Part shown: positions 12,041 to 23,477 of the stretch, piece by piece
Position numbering within the stretch: the first letter of the stretch is position 1
Layout of the letters: every line of letters begins with the position of its first letter
From: Chromera velia
Taxonomy: Eukaryota
Direction: 5' to 3'
Assembly: GCA_018398765.1 (NCBI GenBank)
Contig: JAHBMJ010000418.1
Location: 1 to 48,645, forward strand
Length of the DNA stretch: 48,645 nt
The notes under the pieces: generated by a model
Databases searched by the model: none
What the model saw: only the letters and a program-made list of their open reading frames with translations
Told to the model about the DNA's origin: nothing
Translations under genes and position numbers: made by a program

Positions 12041-13360
12041 ATGGAGAGAAAACCTTTCCCGGTTCGAGTAGGAGGAGGGACAGGTGGACAAGGGACTGGA
12101 CTCCGGGCAAGGAGACCCAGGTATGTGCAGTTGGTTGATGTCTTGCCGACTGCCCCTAGGGCTCTCCTTGTTTTGAATCCAAACCAAGTCTCTGAGTCAA
12201 CTGGTGTCATTCTGCCTGTCCACTTCTCTAATACGCAGGCTGAGCAACTCAAGCAGATGGACGTGCAAGGAGAGGAAGGTGGGTGGATGGTTGTGTCGGT
12301 CCAGCCCGTCAACGTCTACAAGAACTACACTCGGAGGATGTTCCCGTTTGAGCTTCAGGATCAGCCCAACCTGTACTATGAGCCCGAGTATGCGAAGGTC
12401 TACGCAAGTAATGAAGCTGTGTCCAACGCCATGGCTGATTTCGCGCGGATGACCTTCAGCAAAGCGGGAGGCCCTGGTTCAGCGTTCGTGCTCGAAAACG
12501 CTGCCAGTCGGGCGGAGCACCAGCAGATCGTGTTGTGCAACTGGGATTAGTTCCGGAAGCTCCTGGCTCTCGGACTTCAGTGTTTGTACACACTGATGGC
12601 AGAGTGCGGGTATGATCCAGACCGCCTGAAGAAGGCCTTTCGCAAGATCCTCTCCCGACTGCCCCCGGACCCTTTCCTTCCCCAGTATGGAGTGGCAGGA
12701 CACTCCAATGTGCACGTCAGACCTGATCCTCAGGTCTTGATATAATCGAACCCGCTGGAGGCTGCCTTGGCGGCCTTGCAGACAGGTGAAGGGTGTCTGG
12801 GTGGGCAAGATGGCGTCCCAGGTATGGCCAGTCAGCCCGTCGAGATCGAGGGATCGGACGTCAAGATGTCGGCTGTGCAGCTGTCTGGCAAGAGGCGACG
12901 TCCATGTGAGGGAGCGGAGTCAGTGCCTGGCCCAGGTACTCTGGCTCAGCTTCAACAACAACCGCAGCAGCAGAAGCAGCAGCAGCAAACAAAGGATCAG
13001 AAGAAGACCATGAGCAGGAGAGAGGGACTGTCAGTCGCAGATCCCCTTGTCACCCCGGTGAGGGAGCAGCCTTTGCGGCTGTATGGTCGGGTCTGCGCTG
13101 AGCTCCCCATCCCGCAGGAAGTCGAGTATCCAACGTTGGTGCAGAAAGCCAACGATCTGTACACCAACGTGGTTGGTTTCCTCCAAGCCCACGGTCAACC
13201 AGTGGAGGAAGACTATGTGAAGACCCTCGTGATCAGGAATCTCCGTCAGTGGGGGGTCAGGAAGGACACCATCCCCAGTGACGCAGAACTGCAGGAGCTG
13301 CTCTTCTGTGCTATCCATCTCCACGGAGATGACAGCAGTGTCGACGGGCAGGCCGCCTGA
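12041..13360 (+). pseudogene. Intronless ~440-codon ORF of unknown function with two in-frame stops; candidate ORF1 of the downstream Penelope-like element
   Basis: ORF-track pieces 12011..12550 and 12767..13360 share a frame. The interval between them reads through (FRKLLALGLQCLYTLMAECGYDPDRLKKAFRKILSRLPPDP...) apart from TAG at 12548 and TAA at 12743. Contains a poly-Q patch. Confidence 0.7.
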
Positions 13361-13452
13361 ATATTGGGAGTCATCCCGGCGAAGCAAGTGACTCCCCTAT
13401 TCAGTCTCGTTGTTCAAAAAAGCTAAATCGCTACGTCATCAATTTGATAAGA

Positions 13453-15505
13453 ATGGATTCCTGGCAATTTTCTGTGTGTGGTGCAGGTGGGAGAGGGAAC
13501 AGAAGTAGGGAGGGGGAAGGGTGGGAATTAGATCCATGGGCGCTTAGGGTGGAAGCGTCAAGCTCTGCAATGTGGAGAAGAATTGAACAGCTGCGTGATC
13601 TGGCGGATGGCATTGCTTTGTTTACTCATGCGCCAAGGATCTGCAGAGAGAGGGATCCGTTGTCGCTAATATTCTTACATCTGGGTGCAATTCGTTCTTT
13701 GCTGTTGCAGTTGTTACATAGACGCGTGCGTTTGACTTGTTCTGTATGCCGTGACGATGTGCGTAAGTGTAGTTGTAAGCTAAATGTCGAATTGCCTCTG
13801 TCTCGATTTGCAGGTGGAGGGGGTGTTAAGATTGTACTGCAACGCCGTGGGTGTGACGGGAGCCAGAGTGGTGCTTCAGGTGCGTCTCTCTGGAGGTCTC
13901 GTCATGTTCAACGGCTGTTGCTGGATGCTGCTGATTCATTGTTTGTTGAGTGGTGTGAGCGGTGGTTAGAATTTGCTCCTACAAGATTTGCGTTTTACCT
14001 CAAATCTGTTCGTGATCGATTGCAAGCGTATGGAGTGCCCGTCTGCGCATGTTCGAATAGTAGAAATGTATTGTATATGATGTTTTCTCCTTTCTTTCAT
14101 CGTGGTCCTTATATTGGGTGTACTTCTCAATTTGTATTTCAAAGGTTGAGAGGGCATGTGAATGCAGCATTTTCTTTGACTCGTCGGGGTGGGCAACAAG
14201 CAATGCATGCTTCTCGTCTGTACATCGCTTTTTCGTTTGACTCTTTGCATTTATGGACGTTGATGCCAGTGTGCCGTGTAGCTGACGCAAATGGATGGAC
14301 TTCCAGAAAGCTCTTGCTGGTAACAGAAGCCTTGGCAATCTTGCAGCTGCAGCCCTCTCTGAATATGAAAGGAAATGCTTATTGTGCCATTGGTGACAAA
14401 TCAATGATTCATGTACCTGTGCAGGGCGAACACTCGCCGTCGCAGCCCTCGAGAAAGGGCAGGCGGGGGCAAGATGCTTCGTCCAAGGCTGCGTTGCCGA
14501 GATCGTTGTGTCCTCTCTCCTTGCGGGAGATGATCATCAAAATTCTGCAGGGAGGGTGGAAGAAAGAGGATTTTATCAGAAGGGCAGATGCAATTGGGGC
14601 TGTGGGTGGGGCTGGGTCGTTGGCTTATCATCTGTGGCTTCGATCTTTTCTGGGAAGGAGAAGAAGATCGAAACAGCAATTGGGGTGGTTGCCAGTTGAG
14701 AAAAAAGATTTAATTGCAGTTGTCAGGCAAAAGTTGCGGTACGCAGATGTTGAGTTCTTTCGAGGACTGTTTGTGTTGAATGTCAAACGCTTGTGTTTGT
14801 TGAGGGAATGGAAATTATCTGATGTCCTTTCATCTGTTTCTGTTTTTGATTTTCGTGTCCCAAAACGTCTCTCTTCCTCTTATCCTCAAGGTTGTTCGTG
14901 GATGCTTGTCCAGTCTTTTCTCTTCTTTTTCTCTTTCTACGCCTCTCCGAATTCGTGTACGCTCAGCTGAAGCCCCGAACTTGCTCAAATTGCTGAAAAA
15001 TGAGAAGGAGGCTTCGTTGAGCTTGAACGATAGGGATGCGGATTTCAATGCAGCACAGATGGATGAATGCAATTGCGAAAGGTTGATTCGTGAATTCAAT
15101 CTAGAGCAATGTGAAGGGCACGTGTGTGCACTCTTGTCCACGTCTCCTTCGCTGAGTGATGCTCTGTCTCTCCCTCTTTTCTGGAATTGCAAAACTCCTT
15201 TTCTCAGTAAGGCATCTGATTTATTGAGAGCATGCGAGAAAGAAGGAAGAAGGATTATTGCTCGGTTACCAAATAGTGAGCCGCATCTAACAGAAGAAAG
15301 AAACATGAAGTTGAAAAGACACTTACAGGAATGGAAAGAAACCTTTGAGTCAGAGGTGGACTCAACCCAAGCAAGAAAAGGCCTATTTCCATCGCCCATG
15401 TGTCCGCCTTCGGCCTCTTTGATGCGCCGTCTAAGAAAGTCTTTGTCAATTGTGTTGGTTGATCGCTCCAAGGGTGATTTGGCAGGATGGAATTGTATCA
15501 AATAG
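13453..15505 (+). mobile_element. Penelope-like retroelement remnant with N-terminal GIY-YIG endonuclease (Chlamys/Naiad-like); one frameshift, RT core missing
   Basis: 14044-14364 encodes CSNSRNVLY...PYIGCTSQFVFQRLRGH...EALAILQLQPSLN, a full GIY-YIG motif set. After a frameshift near 14865 come PNLLKLLKN, CNC...GHVCA and LSIVLVDRSKG, resembling the linker Cys/His motif and the V..DK motif that precede PLE RT. The sequence turns AT-rich and unrelated after ~15490. Confidence 0.72.
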
Positions 15506-15943
15506 ATTAATTAAGCATGCAAATTAAGTCATTGCAAATGTTTTCACACTTCAGTAGGCTGTAATTCATAAGTAAATACAAAAACATTGAAGTGATAGTC
15601 TCTATTATATGAGAGGCAGTGTTAAGGTCTACTCAGGAGTGTTCGTAAGCCTTAAGCACGTGCAGCGAGGTTCAACGTTCTTCAAAGTTTGGTTTGATGC
15701 TCAGGATTAGACTTGATCAGATTTTGTCTCACTTTTTCATTCGTTTTCATTCTTGAGACTCGTTGTTGATTTCCGTGATTTTTCTTGATCCGATTTTGCT
15801 GCTTCTCAGTCTTCCAAAAAGCGTCAGAAAGTCTTCCAAAAGTCTTTCACACCAGGCGATTATTCGTCAATTATTGTGGTAATCGGTTTCTTCCGCTTGC
15901 TTCGCTGCGCGGCTCTCGTGGTAGACGCTGAAGCTCCATAACG

Positions 15944-16015
15944 CGGTCTTCTAGAACTTGAACCCGGGTCGTTTGCTTCAAAGCTCTGCATATTAACCTC
16001 TAGGCTACAAAGAGC
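15944..16015 (-). pseudogene. tRNA-derived sequence (tRNA pseudogene or SINE head)
   Basis: Minus strand reads GCTCTTTG-TAGCCTAGAGG(A box)-TTAATATGCAGAGCTTTGAAGCAAACGACCCG-GGTTCAAGT(B box)-TCTAGAAGACC with tRNA-like spacing. Acceptor and anticodon stems do not pair. Confidence 0.6.
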
Positions 16016-16387
16016 AGCCTTCATTTAATTCTTTATTTTGTTTGGACATATATAGACATATATGAATATATGTTTAAATATTTTAATTATTTATTTATGC
16101 TTTTAGGAACATATAGCATTCGCCCCTTTCTAATCTCAAGATTCCACGCTCGATTAAAGAATTATAACATCATTAGTTCAACATATAGCATATAGCATTC
16201 GCCCCTTTCTATATGTTTTAAGATATAATTGTATTGAGTCGTACTGATTTTTTTTTTTTTTGAGTTGATTGGTCAGCAAAGGACAACACTGCAACAGCAC
16301 AGCGCGATTGATTCGATCAAAATTTATTTTCTGACACAGAACAAGTCATGCTTGACAGCTGCAGCGTGGGAGGACGTTCACAACTGA

Positions 16388-18400
16388 CTAAGGCGCGCAT
16401 TTTCGATCAACCACGTAGTATGACCACCACGAGGAAAATTGGGAACGAGAGAAAAAAAAGAAAGTGAGCAAGAAAATTCGCTCGCGTGCGAAAAGGTGGA
16501 ACTCGCTTGGCTGCATGCATGCATGGCGCGCGTGCCGCAAGGGCACAGGCGGCGGGGCCAGGGTCCGTGTGTTCAGGCCTGGGCCCTCTCGTACTTCACC
16601 GTCACCGTGGCCAATCTTCATGCCAGGCTTGAGGGGGGCCTTGAGATACATGTGCTTGGGGTTGGCCCTGGCTCTCTTCCCTTCGATCTGCTCGATGAAC
16701 CTCTTCGGAGGCTTACGGTCGCGGTCGCCATTCTTATACACGGCTTCCTTCATCACTCTCTTGGTCTCTGTCTTCTTCTTCTTCTCCTCCTCCTTCAGGG
16801 AGTCCAGGTCAAGGCGGTCATGGGCGACCTGAGGGATCCCCATATCCTCATCCTTCACTGTGTTCCCTTCCGGCTCAGGGGTATACGTATCGGTGCTGAT
16901 AGTCAGTTCAGACAGTTTCTTCACGATTTGGTCCATGGCACCTGTCATAGTCTTCTGCACTGGGGGCCACCAGAGCGCGGCGCACTGGCTAGGGGTTGCA
17001 AGGAGAGGTGTCAGGTTGGCGAGAGGGAAGGTAGGGGTCGCAGGGTTCATCATCTTTGAAGGAAGTTGGGTATGTTGTTCTGAAGTAGCAGTCACTTGGG
17101 AGTCAAGGTTTCCGTTTTGTGAGAGCTCTCGATAGGTTTGTTGGCTTCCCGGTTTTGGAAAAAGTTTTTCTGGTCTGAGAGTTTTGGGATCTCTCTCTTT
17201 TTTGATGCGGGAATTTTGTGGCTTGCCCTGCGACACGTCTGTTCTGCGTCGGTTCGCTTCTCTTTGCGCGTGTCGAGCGGTCCCGGAAAATTTTGGCCTT
17301 ATATGTGCTTACTCTTATCCTTCCCTCTCTGCTCCGCTCCGGCTCGCCGTCGGGTCGCCATGGATCACTTGCAACACTCGACTCCGATACGATCTCTTAC
17401 GCTCAGTTCTCTCGCAACCCGTCTCCAGTCCGAGTCTCTTCGTAGTTGCATTCCCCCTGGGTCGTTCCTCATCCAGCCTTTGGCGTCTCTTACCTTCTAC
17501 TCCTTGTTGCTCTTGTTCGAGTCTGGCCTTATGTCTACTCCGGTATCGTTCCTCCTTCGGCCTTATGCCTTCGAGCTCTTGCTATCCAGTCACTGGTCAC
17601 CGTGTTGATACCTTACGTTCCTCTGTTCTCGTGTCCGCTCTTGCACTTTGGCTTGGCCTCTTCCACACCGTGCTGTCGGACGTGTACTTTCCTTCAAGGA
17701 CGCCCAGCTCCAGGTCAGGTCTTCAGTCTTGCCCTCTTCCCCTCCACCTCGGTCTTTGTGCTCCTTACTCCTCCCATCCTTGTATTCCTCTCTCCCCTTT
17801 GTGCTTGCATCTGTTGCCCTGTTTTCCGAGGTCCAGTCTTCCAAGGTCTTCAAGTTGGACTTCGGAACTTCTCCCTCGTGGATGTTGCTTCCTCTTCGGC
17901 TTCGCCCCGTCGTTCCTTCTCGAGTTTTTCGCCTCCATCCCGTATGAGTCCTCGTCGATGGTCGATCTTCCTCGAACGCTTCGCCATCCCCCTCCTGAAG
18001 CCGTCCTTCTTCTTCTTCCTCAAGCCGTCCACCTTGTTCTCCCTCAAGCTCTTCGTCTCGGAGTCCTCCTTCGCTCCCCTCCCGTCTCCTCCTTGAGCCT
18101 TTCGTCTCCTTCCTCCTCAGTGGGTCCCCACGCGGTGACCGTCCTCCCGGAGTCCTCCTTTCTTTGGACTTCACGTCCATCTCTGTCCTTTTCGGGTGTC
18201 CTACGCCTTTGCTCTTTTGGCTTTGGATCCTGGAGCCTTTGTCTTCCTTGGCTTCTTGGTGTCTGCCTCTCTTGCTGCGGCCTTTGGTTCCGTCGCGTCC
18301 TTGTTTGCGTCGTTCTGTGTGAGTCGGTGTGGTTCTCGTTTGCTGTCTGGTAGTTTGTTCGTCTTTGCAATGCGACCGCCCCTTTCTATGATTTCATCTG
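16388..18400 (-). other. Degenerate K/R/E-rich coding-like sequence, possibly retroelement-derived
   Basis: Broken minus-strand ORFs (16388..17236, 17590..18180, 18044..18370). RDRKPPKRF resembles basic tail motifs of retrotransposon proteins. No catalytic motif recognised. Confidence 0.25.
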
Positions 18401-19241
18401 TTTGGTTGTTTGCTCGAGCTTTGTCTTCATCACGAAGTGCTGCCTGTTTCTTTTTCTTCGCTTATCCTGACTTGGCGTTTAATGGACTTCTTCCTTCTTC
18501 TTCATACACCACGAAGTGCTGTCCTTTTTGCATTCTTTCTTGAAGTTACACTGTGATGTCGGGGGGAAGTGAGAAAGCTTTTCTTGTGTGTTTGCTTTGC
18601 CTCTTTCTGATGGTATGCGATTCGGCCTTGCTAGTCTGTTCATGTCTGCTAACTTTTAGTCAGAGTGAGTTACACATTTATACACATTGCAGATGAGAAG
18701 GTGAGTGGATGGATTCATTCTGTACCGTTGTTCTTGTCATGACAGCATGTTGGTTCAGAGGCTCACGACTGACTCTAATGAATATGCGTGACGGGGACGG
18801 GGGCCCAACACTGCATGACTTTGGTTCGCTGTCTGCGTGTATGCATTTTTCTTTGTTTGTGCATTTGATTTTTTTTTTTTTTTATGGGTGTTGGGGTCGG
18901 AGGCCCAACACAGTTGTTAAGTTCTTGCACCTCTCCCCGGGAGACCTTGGCTTCGAGTGGCCAACTCGTTGCCGTTCAGGTCTGAGTGCATGCGCATGCT
19001 CTAATCGCTCCGCGGCGCTTGGGGGTCGGAGGCCCCTGCAATGTGTCGCTTTTTTTTTTTTTTTTCAGTCACTGATCACCGCCAGTGCTGCTCCGGGGAG
19101 GGTGTACAACACACGGGTAACAACACTTACACATATACATTCAACAACATTTGTGCAACGCCATTAGTATGAATTGATATGAGTCATGCATTTGCCTACT
19201 TGCTCATGCGGATTTAGTGTTCATATGTGAATGTGCATGCA

Positions 19242-19620
19242 TGAAACAGATGTGCAAGTTGTCTTCCATCGCGATTTGTTTGTTTGCTTCTATCGACTAA
19301 TCGTTCCTGATTGTCTATTGTCGATTTCACTGCAGCGCCATCTTCTATGAAACTTTCTCTCAATTCTGGCTTCTCCTCGGTTCCGCCGGTCGGTCGTTCT
19401 CTCTTTTTTTTTTTTTCTCAGCTCCACCCTCTGCATTCAGCTCCGCATAGCTCCGCTCTCTTTTGCTTTCAGCTCCAGCGTTTGTCTTCAGCTCCACAGC
19501 CCTTGTCTTTAGCCCCAGCGTTTGTCTTCAGCTCCAGCGTTTGTCTTCATCTGTGTGCAACGGTTCTCATGCACAGCGACTGCGATTCAAATCTTTATTT
19601 CAGTGTCCCCCCTTTTCTTC
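19242..19620 (-). repeat. Polypurine tract (19620-19606) and putative 3' LTR (19602 to ~19242)
   Basis: Minus strand GAAGAAAAGGGGGGA-CAC-TGAAATA...; candidate end ...TGTTTCA at 19242 is a 6/7 inverted match. Internal CAGCGTTTGTCTT repeats at ~19470-19548. No second LTR is available to confirm the boundary. Confidence 0.55.
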
Positions 19621-20399
19621 CGTGGTCCTTCCTCGAATTCTCGAACGAGGGTCGGGCAGTCGCAGTCTTCTGCATCGGTCCACCATGCTTCGTTTGGGTA
19701 AGCTTCGCAGACGAGTGAATTCTGTACTTTCCCCTCCTTCTTTCTTTTCCCGATGACTTCCTTTACTTTGTAGTCCTTCATGGCGCTCCTGTTGCGGTCT
19801 TTGTCCTCTTTTTCGATCCTGTGCTCTTGCTTTCCTTTCTGTCGTTTTTCTGTTGTCTCGAGCTTATGTTTGAATGGTTGGATGTTCTCACTTGTTGCAG
19901 ATTTCGCGGGGTCTTCTTCAACAACTCTCCAGTAGATGGCCTCAAGGACCTCTCTCGCTGTGTCTCGGTTGGTCAAGGTGTCTTGCCTGCTTCCCTTCAA
20001 TTCTCGGCGTTCTTCTCTCCACTCGCCCTTTTTGTCTTTTATTTTCTTTACAAGCGCCCCTTCCATGAACTGTAGAGTGAAATGTTGTTCCCCCTTGATC
20101 GTTCGGATGTTTTCAATTTTGGCCTTTAGTCTTTCTTTTGTTTGGATTTCTCCCGCTGAATGGTAGTAAAACAAAATGGTTGTTCCCTCTTTCAATGGCT
20201 TTCCTTCTGGGAAGAAATCAAAGCCCTTCTCCGGAAGCGGGCGGGTCTCAACCTCGTCTGTCTCCCTTTCTTCTTTCTGTCTGTGTTCGTTTACTGTTGC
20301 AGGCTTCTCCATCTTCCTCGGAGCTCCCGTGTCCTTCGCCGTCTCCTTCTTCTCCCCGAGTTGGTCTCTCTGCGCTCCTTTTCCCACATGTCTATCCAA
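19587..20399 (-). pseudogene. C-terminal part of Gypsy pol (frameshifted from integrase): Tudor/SH3-like segment plus chromodomain
   Basis: YKVKEVIGKRKKEGKVQNSLVCEAYPNEAWWTDAEDCDCPTLVREFE fits the chromodomain pattern Y.VE.I...R.......LV.W.GY....W......C..L+..FE. The ORF overlaps the integrase ORF end in another frame. Confidence 0.8.
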
Positions 20400-23300
20400 A
20401 ATTTCTTCGATCGCTCTCTTTGTAGTCTCTACTGAAGTACGGCTTCACTCTGTGTCTGTTTACCGTTTGGCTTGATTGGCTTCCCGGTTTCTTGATGACT
20501 AAAGTGCGATTCGGTCTCACTTGCGTGATCATGTACGGTCCCTCATACAACGGTGCGAGTGCTTTGCTGATTCCCTTTTGAGTAGGCGGCTTTTCCAGCC
20601 ACACGTACATTCCTTCTTTGTATTCTAATACTTTCTTTGGATCAATACGGAGCAGTCTGAGCATTCTCTGCTGTGCTGCTGCCTCAAAAAGTTCTCTTTT
20701 GTCTTTTGATTCATTTCGCAGCTCGGCAAGAAGCTCCACATACTCAGGTGGGAAGGCAGGTCCTCCTGCCTCAGTAAGTGAGACCAGGTAACGTAGAGGG
20801 TGATTCGGGTGGCGTTGAAAGAGACAGAAAAAAGGAGAGATTCCCGTGCTTGTATGCACTGCTGAGTTGTGAGCAAAGGCAGCAAATGGCAGGAAGTCCG
20901 TCCAGTTCTTTTGATTTTTGTCTATGTAGCAAGAAAGAACAAACTTCATGTCCTTATGAAAACGCTCCAACCTCCCGTTTGTTTGAGGGTGGTAGCTTGT
21001 CGTCTTTTCTTTGTCTGTCCCCACCAGGTGACACACTGCTTCCGTGATTTGTGCCAACATATTGCTTCCCTGATCGGAAAGAAGTCTGATTGGCCTTCCG
21101 TATCTGCAGAGGATCTTTCGGACTAGACTCCGGGCGATGGTGTTTGCCTTGGCGTCGGGGACGGCGTCAACTTTTACCCATCTGCTCGTCAAGTCCATGT
21201 AAGTGATCGCATATCGCATGCCGTCTCTACTACGAGTGAAAGGACCCGTGACGTCGATAGCCCATGAGGAGAGAGGTTCGACGTCCGAGAAGTTCTGGAC
21301 CATAAATCCTTCTTGCTGTTTTCTTCTTTTCTTCTCTTGGCACTTCCGGCAGGACTTAATGTGCTTTTTGATGTCTGTGATCATGGACGGCCAAAAGAAG
21401 TAGTGTGAGATGTTCTGGATGCAACGGTTCACCCCTGGGTGCCCCTGTAGTTTACATTCATGAAATTCAGTCAAGACTTTCTCTTTCAATCCTTTTGGTA
21501 CCACCAAGAGGAACCTTGTCCCCTTTTCGTGCCTGTTTGCCGGAGGAAGCAGGCGGAAGAGTATGTCTTCGTGCAATACATAAAGAGGGGACTGCCCGAG
21601 AANGTACATTCCTTCTTTGTATTCTAATACTTTCTTTGGATCAATACGGAGCAGTCTGAGCATTCTCTGCTGTGCTGCTGCCTCAAAAAGTTCTCTTTTG
21701 TCTTTTGATTCATTTCGCAGCTCGGCAAGAAGCTCCACATACTCAGGTGGGAAGGCAGGTCCTCCTGCCTCAGTAAGTGAGACCAGGTAACGTAGAGGGT
21801 GATTCGGGTGGCGTTGAAAGAGACAGAAAAAAGGAGAGATTCCCGTGCTTGTATGCACTGCTGAGTTGTGAGCAAAGGCAGCAAATGGCAGGAAGTCCGT
21901 CCAGTTCTTTTGATTTTTGTCTATGTAGCAAGAAAGAACAAACTTCATGTCCTTATGAAAACGCTCCAACCTCCCGTTTGTTTGAGGGTGGTAGCTTGTC
22001 GTCTTTTCTTTGTCTGTCCCCACCAGGTGACACACTGCTTCCGTGATTTGTGCCAACATATTGCTTCCCTGATCGGAAAGAAGTCTGATTGGCCTTCCGT
22101 ATCTGCAGAGGATCTTTCGGACTAGACTCCGGGCGATGGTGTTTGCCTTGGCGTCGGGGACGGCGTCAACTTTTACCCATCTGCTCGTCAAGTCCATGTA
22201 AGTGATCGCATATCGCATGCCGTCTCTACTACGAGTGAAAGGACCCGTGACGTCGATAGCCCATGAGGAGAGAGGTTCGACGTCCGAGAAGTTCTGGACC
22301 ATAAATCCTTCTTGCTGTTTTCTTCTTTTCTTCTCTTGGCACTTCCGGCAGGACTTAATGTGCTTTTTGATGTCTGTGATCATGGACGGCCAAAAGAAGT
22401 AGTGTGAGATGTTCTGGATGCAACGGTTCACCCCTGGGTGCCCCTGTAGTTTACATTCATGAAATTCAGTCAAGACTTTCTCTTTCAATCCTTTTGGTAC
22501 CACCAAGAGGAACCTTGTCCCCTTTTCGTGCCTGTTTGCCGGAGGAAGCAGGCGGAAGAGTATGTCTTCGTGCAATACATAAAGAGGGGACTGCCCGAGA
22601 ATGCGTGTTCTCTCTTGACTGGTCAAGTCGGTTTTAAATTCTCCGTATTTCAAAAATTCAGTCATGTGTCGAGTCTCTAGGTCTTCTTGTTGTACTTTTC
22701 TTATTTCAGCGGGTGTGAAAGGGTCAGGTATCTCAATGGATGGTTTGGTGTTTTCCTTCTTTTTCTCATTCTTTTCTTTCCCCTCCTCTTCCTCTACTTT
22801 CTTTCTCCTTCCTCCTACTGCAGTCACGACGAGGGAGTGGCCCGTCTGTTCGTCGGGTACTGTAGGAGGAAAATTGTCGTGGACGAATGGAGGTCGGCTC
22901 AGGCTATCTGCGTCTGCGTTGGATTTTCCTGGTTTGTGTTTGATCTCGTATTCGTACATGGATAGAGCGATCGACCAGCGATGAAGTCTTCCGTTTGTGT
23001 TCCTCTGCTTTTTTATGTACTCTAACGCCTTGCAGTCTGTCCATGCTGTGAAGGATCGGCCGTACAGGTATTTTTTGAACCGATTTGTCACCATCCAATA
23101 GAAAGCGAACCCCTCTTTTTCTGTTGCTCCCTATTTTTGTTCTGTCTCTGTCAGTTTTCTTGAAGCGTACTGAATGACTTTTCCCCTCTGATTCTCGTCT
23201 AGTTAACAGAGAATGCCAGAAATCGCTTCCCCGCTTGCATCTGTCTTGAGTATGAACGATTTATTTAGATCTGGGTGTGTCAGGACGGGTCTTGTCGAAA

Positions 23301-23477
23301 GGGCATCTTTCAATCTCTGCCATGCTGTCTCCTGTGGTTGTTCCCAAGTGAAGATACTGTCTGTCTTCAGGAGAGCTAAGAGCGGCTCTGCAATGTTCGA
23401 GAATCGCTCGATGTATCGTCTGTAAAAAGAGCATATGCCAAGAGAGCTCTTGATTTGTTTGATGGTTTTTGGTCTCT
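20392..23477 (-). pseudogene. Gypsy pol remnant: RT thumb/connection, RNase H, integrase (HHCC, DDE, GPY/F)
   Basis: PKTIKQIKSSLGICSFYRRYIERFS, FILKTDAS, WTDCKAL, HKPGKSNADADSLSR, FHECKLQGHPG...CRKCQ, WAIDVTGPF, SDQG, YHPQTNGRLERFH, YEGPY. In-frame stops at 23205-23203 and ~23133-23131. Confidence 0.95.
20605..22601. other. 998-bp apparently exact tandem duplication separated by a single N: probable scaffolding artefact
   Basis: 20605-21602 is repeated at 21604-22601 with N at 21603. ORF-track peptides are identical at an offset of 999. Confidence 0.9.

Larger units (their letters stand above)
19242..23477 (-). mobile_element. 5'-truncated Ty3/Gypsy LTR retrotransposon (chromodomain-bearing)
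   Basis: Domain order RT-connection/RNase H, integrase, GPY/F, chromodomain, PPT, LTR. Gag, protease and RT core are absent; the element is cut at the TIR element starting at 23478. Confidence 0.95.

Noticed and set aside
11500..16000. Hammerhead ribozyme or pseudo-LTR expected beside a Penelope-like element
   Set aside because: I could not find a convincing CTGANGA...GAAA core with pairing stems by eye; an Infernal search is needed.
20392..23094. 900-aa ORF with two tandem integrase domains
   Set aside because: The two 998-bp copies appear identical and are joined by a single N, typical of unmerged overlapping contig ends; not a real double integrase.
12548..23205. In-frame TAG/TAA at apparent Gln positions suggesting a TAR=Gln code or RIP-like mutation
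   Set aside because: The Argonaute exons, integrase and the Q-rich exon use CAA/CAG throughout with no TAR. A few CAR-to-TAR transitions are the commonest route to nonsense codons in decaying TEs.
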